A stretch of DNA of 64,000 nt from an uncultured Candidatus Saccharibacteria bacterium (lineage in GTDB: Bacteria > Patescibacteriota > Minisyncoccia > Phycocordibacterales > UBA1006), in contig CAYGJA010000001.1 in the NCBI GenBank assembly GCA_964350165.1, positions 312,377 to 376,376 of the forward strand, given 5' to 3'. A program made the position numbers and the translations under genes. Below the pieces are notes generated by a model. It saw nothing but the letters and a program-made list of their open reading frames with translations, was not told where the DNA came from and ran no database searches. Positions 9,589 through 19,341 of the stretch are shown here, in pieces. Every line of letters starts with the position of its first letter. Position 1 is the first letter of the stretch.

Positions 9589-10321
9589 AGCCTGCGAGAG
9601 TCAAGAACTTTTCCACCAACGAATTAGCCTCATTTGTATTCACAAAATCATTTCGAATACTTTCAATGTATTCGTCAGAAAATTGATATTTTTCTTTATA
9701 GCGCTCAGCCCAACGAACAACTGTGTCTTTATCTAATTCTGGATGAAACTGAAACGCATAGAAAAGCTGATTAGGAATCTTGATTGCTTGGATTGGACAT
9801 TTTTTTGTAGAACCCAAATTCACCATACCTTCTGGGACACGGACTGACATTTTTTTATGGTATGCAATCACCGAAAATTCTCTAGGCAGGTCACGAAACA
9901 GAACATCGTTTATACCCTCTGAATTTAAAACAAAATTATAAGTTCCAGACTCTTGATTTTCCTTATCAATCTTAATCTCTCCCCCCAAAGCATGGTTCAC
10001 CATGTGGAACCCCATACAAGATGCCAAAAAAGGAATCTTTTTGTTTTTGATATGAGTGATGGCAGTCAAGACGCTTTCAGTAAAGGGATATTTTTCTTGA
10101 GTAAAATAAACTTCATCATCAGGATCATTAGAAGATCCACCCACAAAAACAGCATCATATTCTTCAAGTTTTTTTTCATCAAAAATGCTTTTCTCAAAAA
10201 CATCCCAAACATCCAATTGGGCTGGGCTGAGTCCCCCAGTCACTAAAAAACGCAAATATTCTTCTTGTTTTGTAAATAAATCTTTTCGTAGTTGTATAAG
10301 TAATACTTTTTGTGCTTTCAT
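9575..10321 (-). CDS. class I glutamine amidotransferase-like protein
   Basis: Catalytic Cys in LASCMGFHM and a His/Glu dyad in FQFHPE. 248 aa. Confidence 0.7.
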   Translation of the reverse strand: MKAQKVLLIQLRKDLFTKQEEYLRFLVTGGLSPAQLDVWDVFEKSIFDEKKLEEYDAVFVGGSSNDPDDEVYFTQEKYPFTESVLTAITHIKNKKIPFLASCMGFHMVNHALGGEIKIDKENQESGTYNFVLNSEGINDVLFRDLPREFSVIAYHKKMSVRVPEGMVNLGSTKKCPIQAIKIPNQLFYAFQFHPELDKDTVVRWAERYKEKYQFSDEYIESIRNDFVNTNEANSLVEKFLTLAGFTRI

Positions 10322-10355
10322 ATTTTTTGATAATTACTTTTTAACATACAACTAC

Positions 10356-10409
10356 GAAACCACCCAAAACAAAAATCGCCAGTGGCGATTTTTGTTTTGG
10401 GTGGTTTCT
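10356..10409. terminator. 25-bp perfect inverted repeat hairpin (loop AGTG) with internal A-tract and T-tract, just downstream of rplK (minus sense); probable bidirectional intrinsic terminator
   Basis: gaaaccacccaaaacaaaaatcgcc-agtg-ggcgatttttgttttgggtggtttc. Confidence 0.6.
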
Positions 10410-10415
10410 ATAAAA

Positions 10416-10838
10416 TTAAGCAACTACATCAACCCCCATAGAACGAGCAGTACCTTCGATGATCTTCATTGCAGCCTCTACGTCATGAGCGTTCAGATCC
10501 GGTAGTTTGTGTTCAGCAATTTCTCGCACTTGTGCACTGGTGAGCTTACCTGCTTTTTTAACTCCCGGCTTCTGAGAACCAGCAGCAATTCCAACCGTCT
10601 GTTTAATCAAACTCGAGGCTGGAGCTGTTTTGAGAATAAAATCAAAAGAGCGATCATCATACACGCTAAGCACAACCGAAACAATTCCCTTCATTTCTCG
10701 GGTTTTGTCATTAAACTGGTTAACAAATTCTCCAATGTTAACTCCAGCCTGTCCCAAAGCGGGTCCAAGTGGTGGTGCTGGTACCGCCTTTCCAGCCGGT
10801 ACCTGTAATTTCATTTTTTTGGTTAATTTTTTTGCCAT
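10416..10838 (-). CDS. rplK: 50S ribosomal protein L11
   Basis: [38 protein letters not shown]..., 140 aa. Confidence 0.95.
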   Translation of the reverse strand: MAKKLTKKMKLQVPAGKAVPAPPLGPALGQAGVNIGEFVNQFNDKTREMKGIVSVVLSVYDDRSFDFILKTAPASSLIKQTVGIAAGSQKPGVKKAGKLTSAQVREIAEHKLPDLNAHDVEAAMKIIEGTARSMGVDVVA

Positions 10839-10939
10839 GTCTGTACTACTTAGCTAATCATGCGGAGTAATAAAGAAGCGTGCGAAAAGCACTTATTACG
10901 TGCGTAAAAAATAACGCAAGAACGAGTCCCTGTCAATAA

Positions 10940-11485
10940 TTACAGCTTCTTTACTTGCAGGAAGTCTAGCTCGACCGGAGTTTCCCGACCAAACATAGAC
11001 ACCAACACTTCGATGTTCCCACGCTCGTCGTCAACCGTATTGACCTTGCCTTCGAATTCTTTAAATGGGCCATCAATAATAGAAACCATATCACCAACGA
11101 CGAGATCAATGTTGTGCTTGGTGGTTTTGGCACCCATGCGAGCAAAAAGAGAGTCTATTTCTTCCTGAGAAACAGGAACTGGGGTCACCCCTGCCCCAAC
11201 AAAACCAGTCACCCGAGGAGTGTTCCGAACCACATACCAGGAATCATCAGTAACAATCATATCCACCAACACATATCCTGGATAAATCCGCTCCTCAACT
11301 TCTACTCTTTTTCCACCTTTTATTTTGATCTTTTTTTCAATTGGAACCACTACATCAAAAATTTTGTCTTGCATGCCCAAAGATTCTGCGCGCTGTTTTA
11401 GATTTCTTTCAACAGCATTTTCGTAGCCGGCGTATGTGTGGATTGCGTACCAATTACGATCACCCTTGATTTCTTGTTTTGACAT
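10940..11485 (-). CDS. nusG: transcription termination/antitermination factor NusG
   Basis: NGN domain (WYAIHTYAGYEN) and C-terminal KOW (GDMVSIIDGPFKEFEGKV). Track start is TTG; the ATG at codon 4 is used. Confidence 0.9.
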   Translation of the reverse strand: MSKQEIKGDRNWYAIHTYAGYENAVERNLKQRAESLGMQDKIFDVVVPIEKKIKIKGGKRVEVEERIYPGYVLVDMIVTDDSWYVVRNTPRVTGFVGAGVTPVPVSQEEIDSLFARMGAKTTKHNIDLVVGDMVSIIDGPFKEFEGKVNTVDDERGNIEVLVSMFGRETPVELDFLQVKKL

Positions 11486-11496
11486 ATATAACAATA

Positions 11497-11679
11497 TTAG
11501 CTACTAAGCAGTACTCCGAGACCAAGCGAGAATAGCCAGTCAAGCAGTCCAAGATAATATGCAACAGCCAAAGTAAGCACGACTACAGCCGCAGTGTACG
11601 CAATGGTCTGCTCTTTGCTTGGCCAATTAATATGGTCAAACTCTCCTCGCACTGATTTTAGAAAACGTCCAATGTTCAT
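11497..11679 (-). CDS. secE: preprotein translocase subunit SecE
   Basis: 60 aa, single C-terminal TM helix, conserved position upstream of nusG. Confidence 0.8.
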   Translation of the reverse strand: MNIGRFLKSVRGEFDHINWPSKEQTIAYTAAVVVLTLAVAYYLGLLDWLFSLGLGVLLSS

Positions 11680-11722
11680 AAAAATAATAGATGAGATTAG
11701 TATACGGTATTTCTCCCTAATG

Positions 11723-11741
11723 AAAAACGCCCGGCAGGCGT
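11723..11741 (-). terminator. weak intrinsic terminator (5-bp GC stem acgcc/ggcgt plus U-run on the minus strand) downstream of the SIMPL gene
   Basis: Minus-sense gacgcc-tgccg-ggcgtttttc. Confidence 0.3.
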
Positions 11742-11801
11742 CAATGCGATTATCATACTATTCGAACTAACCGAAGTCAATGCCGGGGTTTTTCTACTTA
11801 T

Positions 11802-12620
11802 TTATTTTATTTTGTAGGTAATAGAAACACTTGCGGTTATCAGATTCTCTCCAGCCGGAATCTCTGGCGCAAAAACGGCCTCGTCGGCATAGCCCATTTC
11901 GGCAACGGCCATGCTTCGAGCCATCACTGGATACACACCTCCGCCAGAATTATCAGAAAAACTAATGACTTTGCCAAGTTTTACTCCTAGTTCAGCAGCC
12001 AACTCTTGGGCTTTCTGTTCCGCCTTGGCAATAGCATCCTTGCGGGCCTCGGTCAAAACGGCGTCTTCATCATCAACGGTAAAATTGGGACCGTACATCG
12101 AATCTACGTTCTGTTCACCTAGCGTCTCGAGCACGTCTCCAACCATAGCCAAATCACGAACTTTTATCTGGATTGACTGAGATTGCTCATATCCAACAAG
12201 CTCTCGCTCTCCCGAAGACGGAGGACAACCAAACTCCGTACAAATTGTTTTTTGTTGTTTCCATTCGTAGCGCGGATATGAATTGTAGCTTGTTGTTTTA
12301 ATGTCTTTATCTGCGATACCAAGACTCTCCAAAACTGCCAACACCGAGGACACCTGCTCAGAAACTTTTGCTTGTGCATCCTTTACCGTAGCAGCCTCAG
12401 ATCGAGAGGTAAAACTAAAAGTAGCGATGTCTGGTACAGCGAAAGCTTCGCCGGTACCACTTACGGTAATTACATTGTTTCGATTGGCGGGATCAGTGGT
12501 CAGCAACCCCCAAGAAATGACTGCTCCAACACCAAGTAGCACTATGAAAAAAGTAGCCACCGTTAAAAAAACCGAGCCAGACGCCATCAAACCTTCTTTT
12601 GTTCCAAATCGTTTAAACAT
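11802..12620 (-). CDS. SIMPL-domain (DUF541, YggE-like) periplasmic protein
   Basis: N-terminal TM/signal anchor then a SIMPL-like core (ITVSGTGEAFAVPDIATFSF...; C-terminal ITASVSITYKIK). Confidence 0.65.
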   Translation of the reverse strand: MFKRFGTKEGLMASGSVFLTVATFFIVLLGVGAVISWGLLTTDPANRNNVITVSGTGEAFAVPDIATFSFTSRSEAATVKDAQAKVSEQVSSVLAVLESLGIADKDIKTTSYNSYPRYEWKQQKTICTEFGCPPSSGERELVGYEQSQSIQIKVRDLAMVGDVLETLGEQNVDSMYGPNFTVDDEDAVLTEARKDAIAKAEQKAQELAAELGVKLGKVISFSDNSGGGVYPVMARSMAVAEMGYADEAVFAPEIPAGENLITASVSITYKIK

Positions 12621-12676
12621 ATATTCGTATTGTTACTAATAACTTAGATTATACCATTCTAATGCTAAAAATCTCT

Positions 12677-14074
12677 TTAGAGGTCAAGTTTTCCTGCTTT
12701 TTGCTGTTCTATATATTCTTTGATATTAAACCTTTTTTTTACCCCACTCTCAGCCAAATATCGAATGGTCCCAAAAATTGGACGCTCAAACCAAGGGCGA
12801 TCGTGCACTCCCCCAATAGACCAGGCAATACCTGCATATCCATTTGGATCTCGACCATCAAAACTATAAGCATCGTTCAAATAAATAGCAATTTTCATGG
12901 CCTCTTCTGGGCTCTTTGTCCATTCTAGAATTTTTTTGGCCCAATACATTCGCATGTAACCATGCATCTTGCCGGTTTCGGACAACTCTAATTGGGCAGC
13001 ATTCCACAATTCATCATGAGTCTTGGCTTGCTCAAATTCAATCAAAGAATAGTGATAAGCGCGCTTGTCAGACAAGTGTTTTTGCAATGTTTTCTGAGCC
13101 CAATCAGGAAAACCAAGAACACTGTCATAGTTATTATTGTAATGACAAAAATTATCAGCCAATTCTCTTCGCACGATTAGTTCTTCCAAAAAAGCTGCGC
13201 TACTGTTTTCTGTAGCTGCTCCATTTTTATCTTTTTGCATTATTTGCTCGACAGACTGATTGGTTTTTTCTAAAACTTCGAGGGCCACTCGTTGTGGTGC
13301 AATGTGACCATAGTGCAAATAAGGAGAGAGGTCAGACTGCCCTTTTTTGAGAGCATTGTTACGATCGACAGCATAACGATCGAGTCGTTTCTCGAGAAAG
13401 AGCTCTAATTTTTGTTTTCCCGCTTTGGCCCCCGGCAAAATCCAAGAAGCTGGCAAAATTGATTTGTTTGGGAAATTATCAAGCACCTCACCCCAAGCAA
13501 TACTTGGAACAGATTTTGCGTATTTTGTTTTAGGAGTTGAAAGTCTTGGGAAAGGATCCAAAAATTCTTTTATTTTTTTATAAATCTTGGGACGAATTGT
13601 CCTGGCCGCATACTCTTGTTTATCAGAAATCTCCCAAACAGGAATAATGTTATGGGTATCAACTTGATGCACAGAACAATCAGCCTCGGTAGTGATTTTT
13701 TCTAACCATGTCTTTTGGATGTTTAACGGTGAAAAATCGGTAACAAGCAGACCTGGCTTCACCAATCTCAACCAGGTCTGCAAATCAGCAATACTTCCTT
13801 TTACAAGAAAAAACGGAATCTTTTTTGCAGCCAAAGATTCGGCCATTTCTCGTAAGCCCTGAACTTTGAAATGATGTTGTCGATAACCTCCCCCCAAAAA
13901 ACCAATCTCGAGATTATACACAACAAGCAAAGGCGCTTTTTTTTGGTTGGCTTTTTCTAAGGCATAAAGCATGGCCCAATTGTCTTCTGCTCGACAATCT
14001 CGATTCATCCAATAGACAACCGGCCCCTCTTTTTCCTCTTGTTTAGATAAGATTCGTAATCTTTTCTTGTTCAC
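12677..14074 (-). CDS. phr: class II CPD deoxyribodipyrimidine photolyase
   Basis: Strong similarity to class II photolyases: GPVVYWMNRDCRAEDNWAML; TGKMHGYMRMYWAKKILEWT; DPNGYAGIAWSIGGVHDRPW. The ATG at 14146 overlaps the M23 gene by 38 nt; a GTG at 14072-14074 gives an N-terminus (M)NKKRLRILSKQEEKEGPVVYWM matching class II N-termini and removes the overlap. Confidence 0.85.
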   Translation of the reverse strand: MNKKRLRILSKQEEKEGPVVYWMNRDCRAEDNWAMLYALEKANQKKAPLLVVYNLEIGFLGGGYRQHHFKVQGLREMAESLAAKKIPFFLVKGSIADLQTWLRLVKPGLLVTDFSPLNIQKTWLEKITTEADCSVHQVDTHNIIPVWEISDKQEYAARTIRPKIYKKIKEFLDPFPRLSTPKTKYAKSVPSIAWGEVLDNFPNKSILPASWILPGAKAGKQKLELFLEKRLDRYAVDRNNALKKGQSDLSPYLHYGHIAPQRVALEVLEKTNQSVEQIMQKDKNGAATENSSAAFLEELIVRRELADNFCHYNNNYDSVLGFPDWAQKTLQKHLSDKRAYHYSLIEFEQAKTHDELWNAAQLELSETGKMHGYMRMYWAKKILEWTKSPEEAMKIAIYLNDAYSFDGRDPNGYAGIAWSIGGVHDRPWFERPIFGTIRYLAESGVKKRFNIKEYIEQQKAGKLDL

Positions 14075-14108
14075 CTCTCTATCGTAACAAAGATTGGATA
14101 AAATAATA

Positions 14109-14870
14109 TTATTCCTTATCCGTCTCTTTCCAATAAGAAACAACATCCCAACGTTCTAGCTCGGACTGATGTTCCTTGTAGAAATCACAAAAATCCTGAT
14201 CATTTTCGATAGTGGCTGTCATATTTTGTTTTGGAATAATACCGAGCACTCGAGCGGGATCCAGAGCAACCACCCCTCCTTTCTTTCTTTTGATTTGCAC
14301 TTGTAAGTGCAAATGAATATCAGATCCTGTAATCTCGCCAGAGTTCCCGACCTCTCCGATAGTTTCCTCTTTTTTGATTGGAATCTCAGGATATGTGTGC
14401 AGGCTTATTTCTCGAAGCATTTTTTGATACGAAGTAAATTTGACTACATTAGAACGCAGATGCATGTAGATTGTCATTAACCGATCTTCATTTTCCAAGA
14501 TTATTTCCGGGTGAGAAAGCATCACATAATTACCGTTCATTACGTCATACCCTGAATATTCAAGAATTCCATTAGCGACAGCGCCTACGTCTGTTTTTTT
14601 ACTGGCAGAAAAATCAAGTCCAGTGTGGAACGAATCTGGCTCATGGGCCACTGGGTGCCAGCGGAAACCATAATAGCCAAAGAAAGGATTAATTGATTGT
14701 TCGGCATCTTCAAAAGGTAGCTCAAACAACCTGGTTGCATCTAGTGCTTGGTACCATTCTCTCCAAAATTTTGGATATTTTTTCTCATCAGGAACATAGA
14801 TGGGCTGTTTTGTTTTTCGACTAGCCCCCGGTCTACGTCTCAATTTTCCCTCGATAGAAGGAAGTTTCAT
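14109..14870 (-). CDS. M23 family metallopeptidase (LytM-like)
   Basis: HTGLDF, then GEVGNSGEITGSDIHLHLQV. Confidence 0.75.
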   Translation of the reverse strand: MKLPSIEGKLRRRPGASRKTKQPIYVPDEKKYPKFWREWYQALDATRLFELPFEDAEQSINPFFGYYGFRWHPVAHEPDSFHTGLDFSASKKTDVGAVANGILEYSGYDVMNGNYVMLSHPEIILENEDRLMTIYMHLRSNVVKFTSYQKMLREISLHTYPEIPIKKEETIGEVGNSGEITGSDIHLHLQVQIKRKKGGVVALDPARVLGIIPKQNMTATIENDQDFCDFYKEHQSELERWDVVSYWKETDKE

Positions 14871-14876
14871 ATACCC

Positions 14877-15593
14877 CTATTCAAGCTCGGCCATTACTGG
14901 TGTGGCAATCAAGAGAACGTCCAAGGTGATTTCATCCTTTATGATTGCATCTCCAAGATCATCAAAAAATGATTCCGATCCAAAGCGCACGTCAAATTCT
15001 GATCGGTCGATAACAATCTGCCCACCCAAAGCCGGCTGGTCTGCTGGGCCAAAGGTTGGACTCATTTCGAAAGTGATTGGGTTTGTTTTTCCTTTTATGG
15101 TGAGTGTTCCAGAAATCTGCTGTTTTGCATTTGTGCCAGAAACCTCGGTCACATCAAGAATCGCTTCTGGATATTCAGAAACACTAAAGAAATCATCAGA
15201 ACGAAGATGTCCCATAAGCCGATCTCCCCCGCTGTCACCCTCGACTAATTCAATCGAATCCATATCCACTACTATTTTTCCTTCGGAAACAAGGCCGTCT
15301 ACAACAGAGAACGAACCTGACTTGATAGCAATGGTTCCCTCATGACTAGCATCTACTATCTTCTTTTCCCCCATCCAACGAATCTGGCTAGAACCTCCGT
15401 CTACCTCGTAAGAACCATCGGGAAATACCAAAGCCTCTCCCGCCAAACGAGTACCAGAAGCGTCAGATCTTTTTGCCTCCATTTCTAGAGATTCTTCCAA
15501 GCTCGTATCATCAGAAGTTTTTCGACTTTGTGCAAAAAAGACAATCGCCAAAACCAAAACCGCGGCTAACAAAACATAAGATACTCCTTTCAT
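14877..15593 (-). CDS. YceI-like domain protein (secreted)
   Basis: Signal peptide then YceI-like beta-barrel signature (HLRSDDFFSVSEYPEA...ISGTLTIKGKTNPITF). Confidence 0.65.
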   Translation of the reverse strand: MKGVSYVLLAAVLVLAIVFFAQSRKTSDDTSLEESLEMEAKRSDASGTRLAGEALVFPDGSYEVDGGSSQIRWMGEKKIVDASHEGTIAIKSGSFSVVDGLVSEGKIVVDMDSIELVEGDSGGDRLMGHLRSDDFFSVSEYPEAILDVTEVSGTNAKQQISGTLTIKGKTNPITFEMSPTFGPADQPALGGQIVIDRSEFDVRFGSESFFDDLGDAIIKDEITLDVLLIATPVMAELE

Positions 15594-15608
15594 ATAACTA
15601 ATTTATTA

Positions 15609-16340
15609 TTACTGATTGATAACTGATTCTATCACTGCCACCAAGGTTTCGTAAGGCTGTGCTCCACGAATAGGTACCAGCTGGCCATCAGGCAGCTGCA
15701 GAATACTCCAAGGCGTAGACAGCTGGTCCGTACTGCCAAGTGTCTGGATGGCGTTAGCCAGATCTCTGTCGATTCGCTCCGAAGCCTCTTGACTGCTGAT
15801 GCATTCTTGATACATGTCCAAATCAAGCCCTTGATTCTCAACAAGATACGTTCCTAACTCTTCTAAGGTTAAGTTCTGTTCAAATAAAACATCCGTAGTG
15901 GCCCAAAAAACCTCGTCCCCCTTTTGCTGAAAAGCACATTCAGTGGCGATCGCCTTTGGTCTAGCCTCGGGATGAAGACCGTCAAGCGGAAGATGTCGAT
16001 ACACCCAAGAAACATCTTCGGGATACTCCTCTACAAGTCGAATCATGGTCTCGTGAAAACGACCACAAAAAGGACAATCCAAATCAGAATATTCATAAAT
16101 TACAATTTGACCATTGGCAGCTCCGCGAACATGATCTACGCCTGGTTCGATAGGATTTACGTTTTTGAGCAAAGCAAGCTGATCTACCTGGTTATCACTG
16201 ACGGCAAATTGCGTAGGCCGGTCTTGATCAAGCTGTCTTTTATCAAGGAAACTGCTCCCCAAGATTGCGACAGCAATCAATACCCCAGCTGCAAGAATAG
16301 CCTGGGGCATTGTTATTGTTTTTGTTTTCATATCGGTCAT
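15609..16340 (-). CDS. DsbA-family thiol:disulfide oxidoreductase
   Basis: N-terminal TM anchor and thioredoxin CPFC active site (YSDLDCPFCGRFH). Confidence 0.8.
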   Translation of the reverse strand: MTDMKTKTITMPQAILAAGVLIAVAILGSSFLDKRQLDQDRPTQFAVSDNQVDQLALLKNVNPIEPGVDHVRGAANGQIVIYEYSDLDCPFCGRFHETMIRLVEEYPEDVSWVYRHLPLDGLHPEARPKAIATECAFQQKGDEVFWATTDVLFEQNLTLEELGTYLVENQGLDLDMYQECISSQEASERIDRDLANAIQTLGSTDQLSTPWSILQLPDGQLVPIRGAQPYETLVAVIESVINQ

Positions 16341-16366
16341 ATCTTTCTTATTCTTTAAAATCCCAA

Positions 16367-16432
16367 ATTATACTGTTCTCAACCTTTTTCCTCCGAGAGA
16401 AAGCCGTGAAGGTTTCGTCATTATACTGTTCT
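16367..16432 (-). promoter_or_regulatory. two copies of a 13-mer (minus sense AGAACAGTATAAT, each with a perfect -10 TATAAT) 53 bp apart upstream of dsbA
   Basis: attatactgttct at 16367-16379 and 16420-16432 on the plus strand. Confidence 0.35.
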
Positions 16433-16465
16433 GTCTGAATTTTGCTATTTTTTGCTCTTTACGAG

Positions 16466-17368
16466 TCAAGACAGCTCTTTTCGCAGATAATCAGCCAGGT
16501 CGCGCCACTGCCACTCAAAACCAAGGCGCAAAAGCTCACGTGGATAAACTTTTTGGCTTACAATAATCTCATCAGCAAAATCTCCAAAAAGTATCCGTAG
16601 AGCAAATTTGGGAACAAAAAACAAATGCGGCCGACGAAGACGAGCCGAAATCATTTCTGAAAATTGAGCATTGGTCACAGGCTGGGGAGATACAACATTG
16701 ACTGGCCCAGACCAAGAAGAGTTTTCGATAGCTTGAATATAAGCAGATACAGCATCTTGAAGAGAGATCCAAGGAAAGAATTGTTTGCCCGACCCCAACG
16801 GCCCTCCAAAACCAAGGCGATACAACGGCAGGATGGTGCCCATGAGCCCACCATGAGGGTCTAAAATATGCCCATTACGCATCAGACAAACCCGAACCCC
16901 CATCTGATCAGCCTGCCAAGCAGTTTGCTCCCAGTCTTTGGCCACCATGGACAAAAAAGTCTCTCCAAAAGAAGAATTCTCATCCACGTCATCTGTCCCC
17001 TGCTCACCATAAACACCAACCGCAGAAGCAGAAACTAATACTTGTGGACGAAACAGCTCCTCTTTCCATAAATCTATCAAGTTGCGAGTCCCCTCTATTC
17101 TTGTTTGGTATACAAGGTCTTTGAATTTTTTGTTCCAACGCCCAAAAATACGCTTACCCGCTAAATTAATAACCGCAAAAGGACGCTTGAAATTCTGATC
17201 ATGTGGTAGTGCTTTTGTTGTATCGACCTTAACAAAGCGCAAGTTCTCGTGCTGAATTGTCGGGGCACGCAAATCCATAATTACTACTTCGTATTTTTGA
17301 CCAAGCAAGCGCCTAGTAATTGCCGTTCCCAAAAATCCAGAACCACCCACGATGATGACTTTTTTCAT
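16466..17368 (-). CDS. TIGR01777/YfcH-like NAD-dependent epimerase family protein (SDR with DUF1731 C-terminus)
   Basis: MKKVIIVGGSGFLGTAITRRL Rossmann motif, 300 aa, typical YfcH architecture. Confidence 0.7.
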   Translation of the reverse strand: MKKVIIVGGSGFLGTAITRRLLGQKYEVVIMDLRAPTIQHENLRFVKVDTTKALPHDQNFKRPFAVINLAGKRIFGRWNKKFKDLVYQTRIEGTRNLIDLWKEELFRPQVLVSASAVGVYGEQGTDDVDENSSFGETFLSMVAKDWEQTAWQADQMGVRVCLMRNGHILDPHGGLMGTILPLYRLGFGGPLGSGKQFFPWISLQDAVSAYIQAIENSSWSGPVNVVSPQPVTNAQFSEMISARLRRPHLFFVPKFALRILFGDFADEIIVSQKVYPRELLRLGFEWQWRDLADYLRKELS

Positions 17369-17408
17369 ACTCCCATTGTAGCAAACCCGGTGCTATACTT
17401 GGCCTCAT

Positions 17409-18473
17409 ATGTATCAATTTGCAGAATTTAATCAAAAATTTGATGAGTATTTTTTTTCTTTTTTAGATACTCAACAAAATCATTACCACGAACTACTCCC
17501 TCACCCCAACCTAAAGCAGTATTTCAAAACAATCAGAGCGGCCGCCACGGGAGGAAAAAGAGTCAGACCTTATGTTGCTTGGATTTGTTTAGATAAACCG
17601 ATTGACCAAATAAGCGAAGCAGAATGGAATATTATTATTGCCATCGAAATCATTCATCTTTTTGCCCTTATTCACGACGATCTCATGGATCAATCTCCAA
17701 CCAGGAGAGGGGTTCCAACCGTTCACACTGCGATATCAAGCACACTTATGGAACAAGCCCACCAGGGAGACCTTGCTTTTGGAGGAAGAATGCTGGCTAT
17801 GCTGGCTGGAGATATTGTCTTTTGGTCTGCTTCTACTCTTCTAGCCACAACAGCAGTTTCGATGGGGCCAGAGAAATACAAAAAAATACACGATCGATTC
17901 ACACTTCTTGTTGATGGTGTTGTCTTAGGGCAAGCGTTAGATTTTGACCAAGCCTTTCGCCCCCAAGTAAGCGCCGAAGAGGTTCAAACAAAAACAATCC
18001 ACAAAACTGGACATTATACTTTTTCTTATCCCATGCAAATTGGAGGAATTCTGGCTAATTACAACGAAAATCAAGTCCAGTCATTATACGGTCTTGGCGA
18101 GAAAATAGGCCTTGGTTTTCAAATTCAAGATGACATCTTGGATATCACTGGTGATCCAGAAAAAACCCAAAAACCAATTATGGCGGATATCAGTAACGGA
18201 CAGCACACTCTATTGACCGCCTATATTCGAGAAAATGGCACCGAGGAACAAAAAAAATCCCTAGAATATCACTGGAGGAAACAAGTAACAGCAGAGTCTA
18301 TGCCGATACTACGAGAACTCTACATTTCATCTGGAGCAATTATGTATGCTCAGAACTTGGTTAAAAAATCTTACGATGACGCAATAACACTCATAGATAC
18401 CAGCGAGCTGTCCACCAACACAAAAACCAACCTTATTAGTCTTATTGAATATTTAGCCAACCGTGAGCATTAA
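17409..18473 (+). CDS. crtE: polyprenyl diphosphate synthase (GGPP synthase-like)
   Basis: First Asp-rich motif LIHDDLMD and second FQIQDDILD. Confidence 0.8.
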   Translation: MYQFAEFNQKFDEYFFSFLDTQQNHYHELLPHPNLKQYFKTIRAAATGGKRVRPYVAWICLDKPIDQISEAEWNIIIAIEIIHLFALIHDDLMDQSPTRRGVPTVHTAISSTLMEQAHQGDLAFGGRMLAMLAGDIVFWSASTLLATTAVSMGPEKYKKIHDRFTLLVDGVVLGQALDFDQAFRPQVSAEEVQTKTIHKTGHYTFSYPMQIGGILANYNENQVQSLYGLGEKIGLGFQIQDDILDITGDPEKTQKPIMADISNGQHTLLTAYIRENGTEEQKKSLEYHWRKQVTAESMPILRELYISSGAIMYAQNLVKKSYDDAITLIDTSELSTNTKTNLISLIEYLANREH

Positions 18474-19341
18474 TTATCTTCGGAGTTACCCCGAAGCAAA
18501 TCGGGACCTAAAAAGGGCAAAGCGCATACACAGAGAAAACGGAAGGACGTATTATTTTGCAACTCGTTTTTTTCCGAAACATGTTCGCGATGCAACCAGT
18601 ATTCTTTATGCTTGGATGCGTATTCCTGATGATTGGGTGGATTCCAGCACTCTTTCTCTTGAAAAAAAAGAAGCGCTTCTTAAATCATGGTCATCCGCAT
18701 GGCAAAAAGCTCGTCAGGGTGGTCTGGCTACTCATCCCATTCAAAAACTAGCCCTGCTTGTTTTTGAAGAATACAAAATCCCTCAGGCTTGGGATCAGGC
18801 TTTTTTGAATGCGATGGAGCAAGACTTACGCAAAGATAGTTATGCCAACTACAAAGAATTAGAACAGTACATGTACGGATCGGCAGCTGTTGTTGGGCTA
18901 ATGATGACAAAGATTATTGGCCATACAGGCGAGGCGCTTCCCTATGCAGAAGCGAATGGCTACGCCATGCAGTTAACAAATTTCTTGCGTGATATTGGTG
19001 AAGATTGGCGCGAGCGAAATCGAATCTATCTCCCCCAAGATGAAATGCAGCGTTTTGGTGTAACGACCAAGATGATTTCTGATGGAATTGTGACACCAGA
19101 ATTTGCAGCTCTCATGCAATCACTCATCGCCAAAGCCAAAAGTCTCTACCTAGAGGCACAACCAGGGATAGGTATGCTCAATAAAAAAGGACGAAAACCG
19201 GTCATGATTGCTTCGCAATTATACGCACGGATACTTGATAAAATAGAAGATAATGGATACGACGTCTTTACAAAACGTGCCCACACAAAATTAAGAGAAA
19301 AAATCACCACCGGTGTAAAAATATTTATATATGGTCAATAA
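18463..19341 (+). CDS. crtB: phytoene (or dehydrosqualene) synthase
   Basis: YAWMRIPDDWVD; YMYGSAAVVGLMM; RDIGEDWRERNRIYLPQDE. GTG start overlapping crtE by 11 nt. Confidence 0.85.
   Translation: MSINYLRSYPEANRDLKRAKRIHRENGRTYYFATRFFPKHVRDATSILYAWMRIPDDWVDSSTLSLEKKEALLKSWSSAWQKARQGGLATHPIQKLALLVFEEYKIPQAWDQAFLNAMEQDLRKDSYANYKELEQYMYGSAAVVGLMMTKIIGHTGEALPYAEANGYAMQLTNFLRDIGEDWRERNRIYLPQDEMQRFGVTTKMISDGIVTPEFAALMQSLIAKAKSLYLEAQPGIGMLNKKGRKPVMIASQLYARILDKIEDNGYDVFTKRAHTKLREKITTGVKIFIYGQ

Noticed and set aside
11680-11801. Possible tRNA upstream of secE (tRNA-Trp often precedes secE)
   Set aside because: The TTCGAAC-containing segment has no flanking stems compatible with a cloverleaf. Only a weak terminator hairpin is supported.
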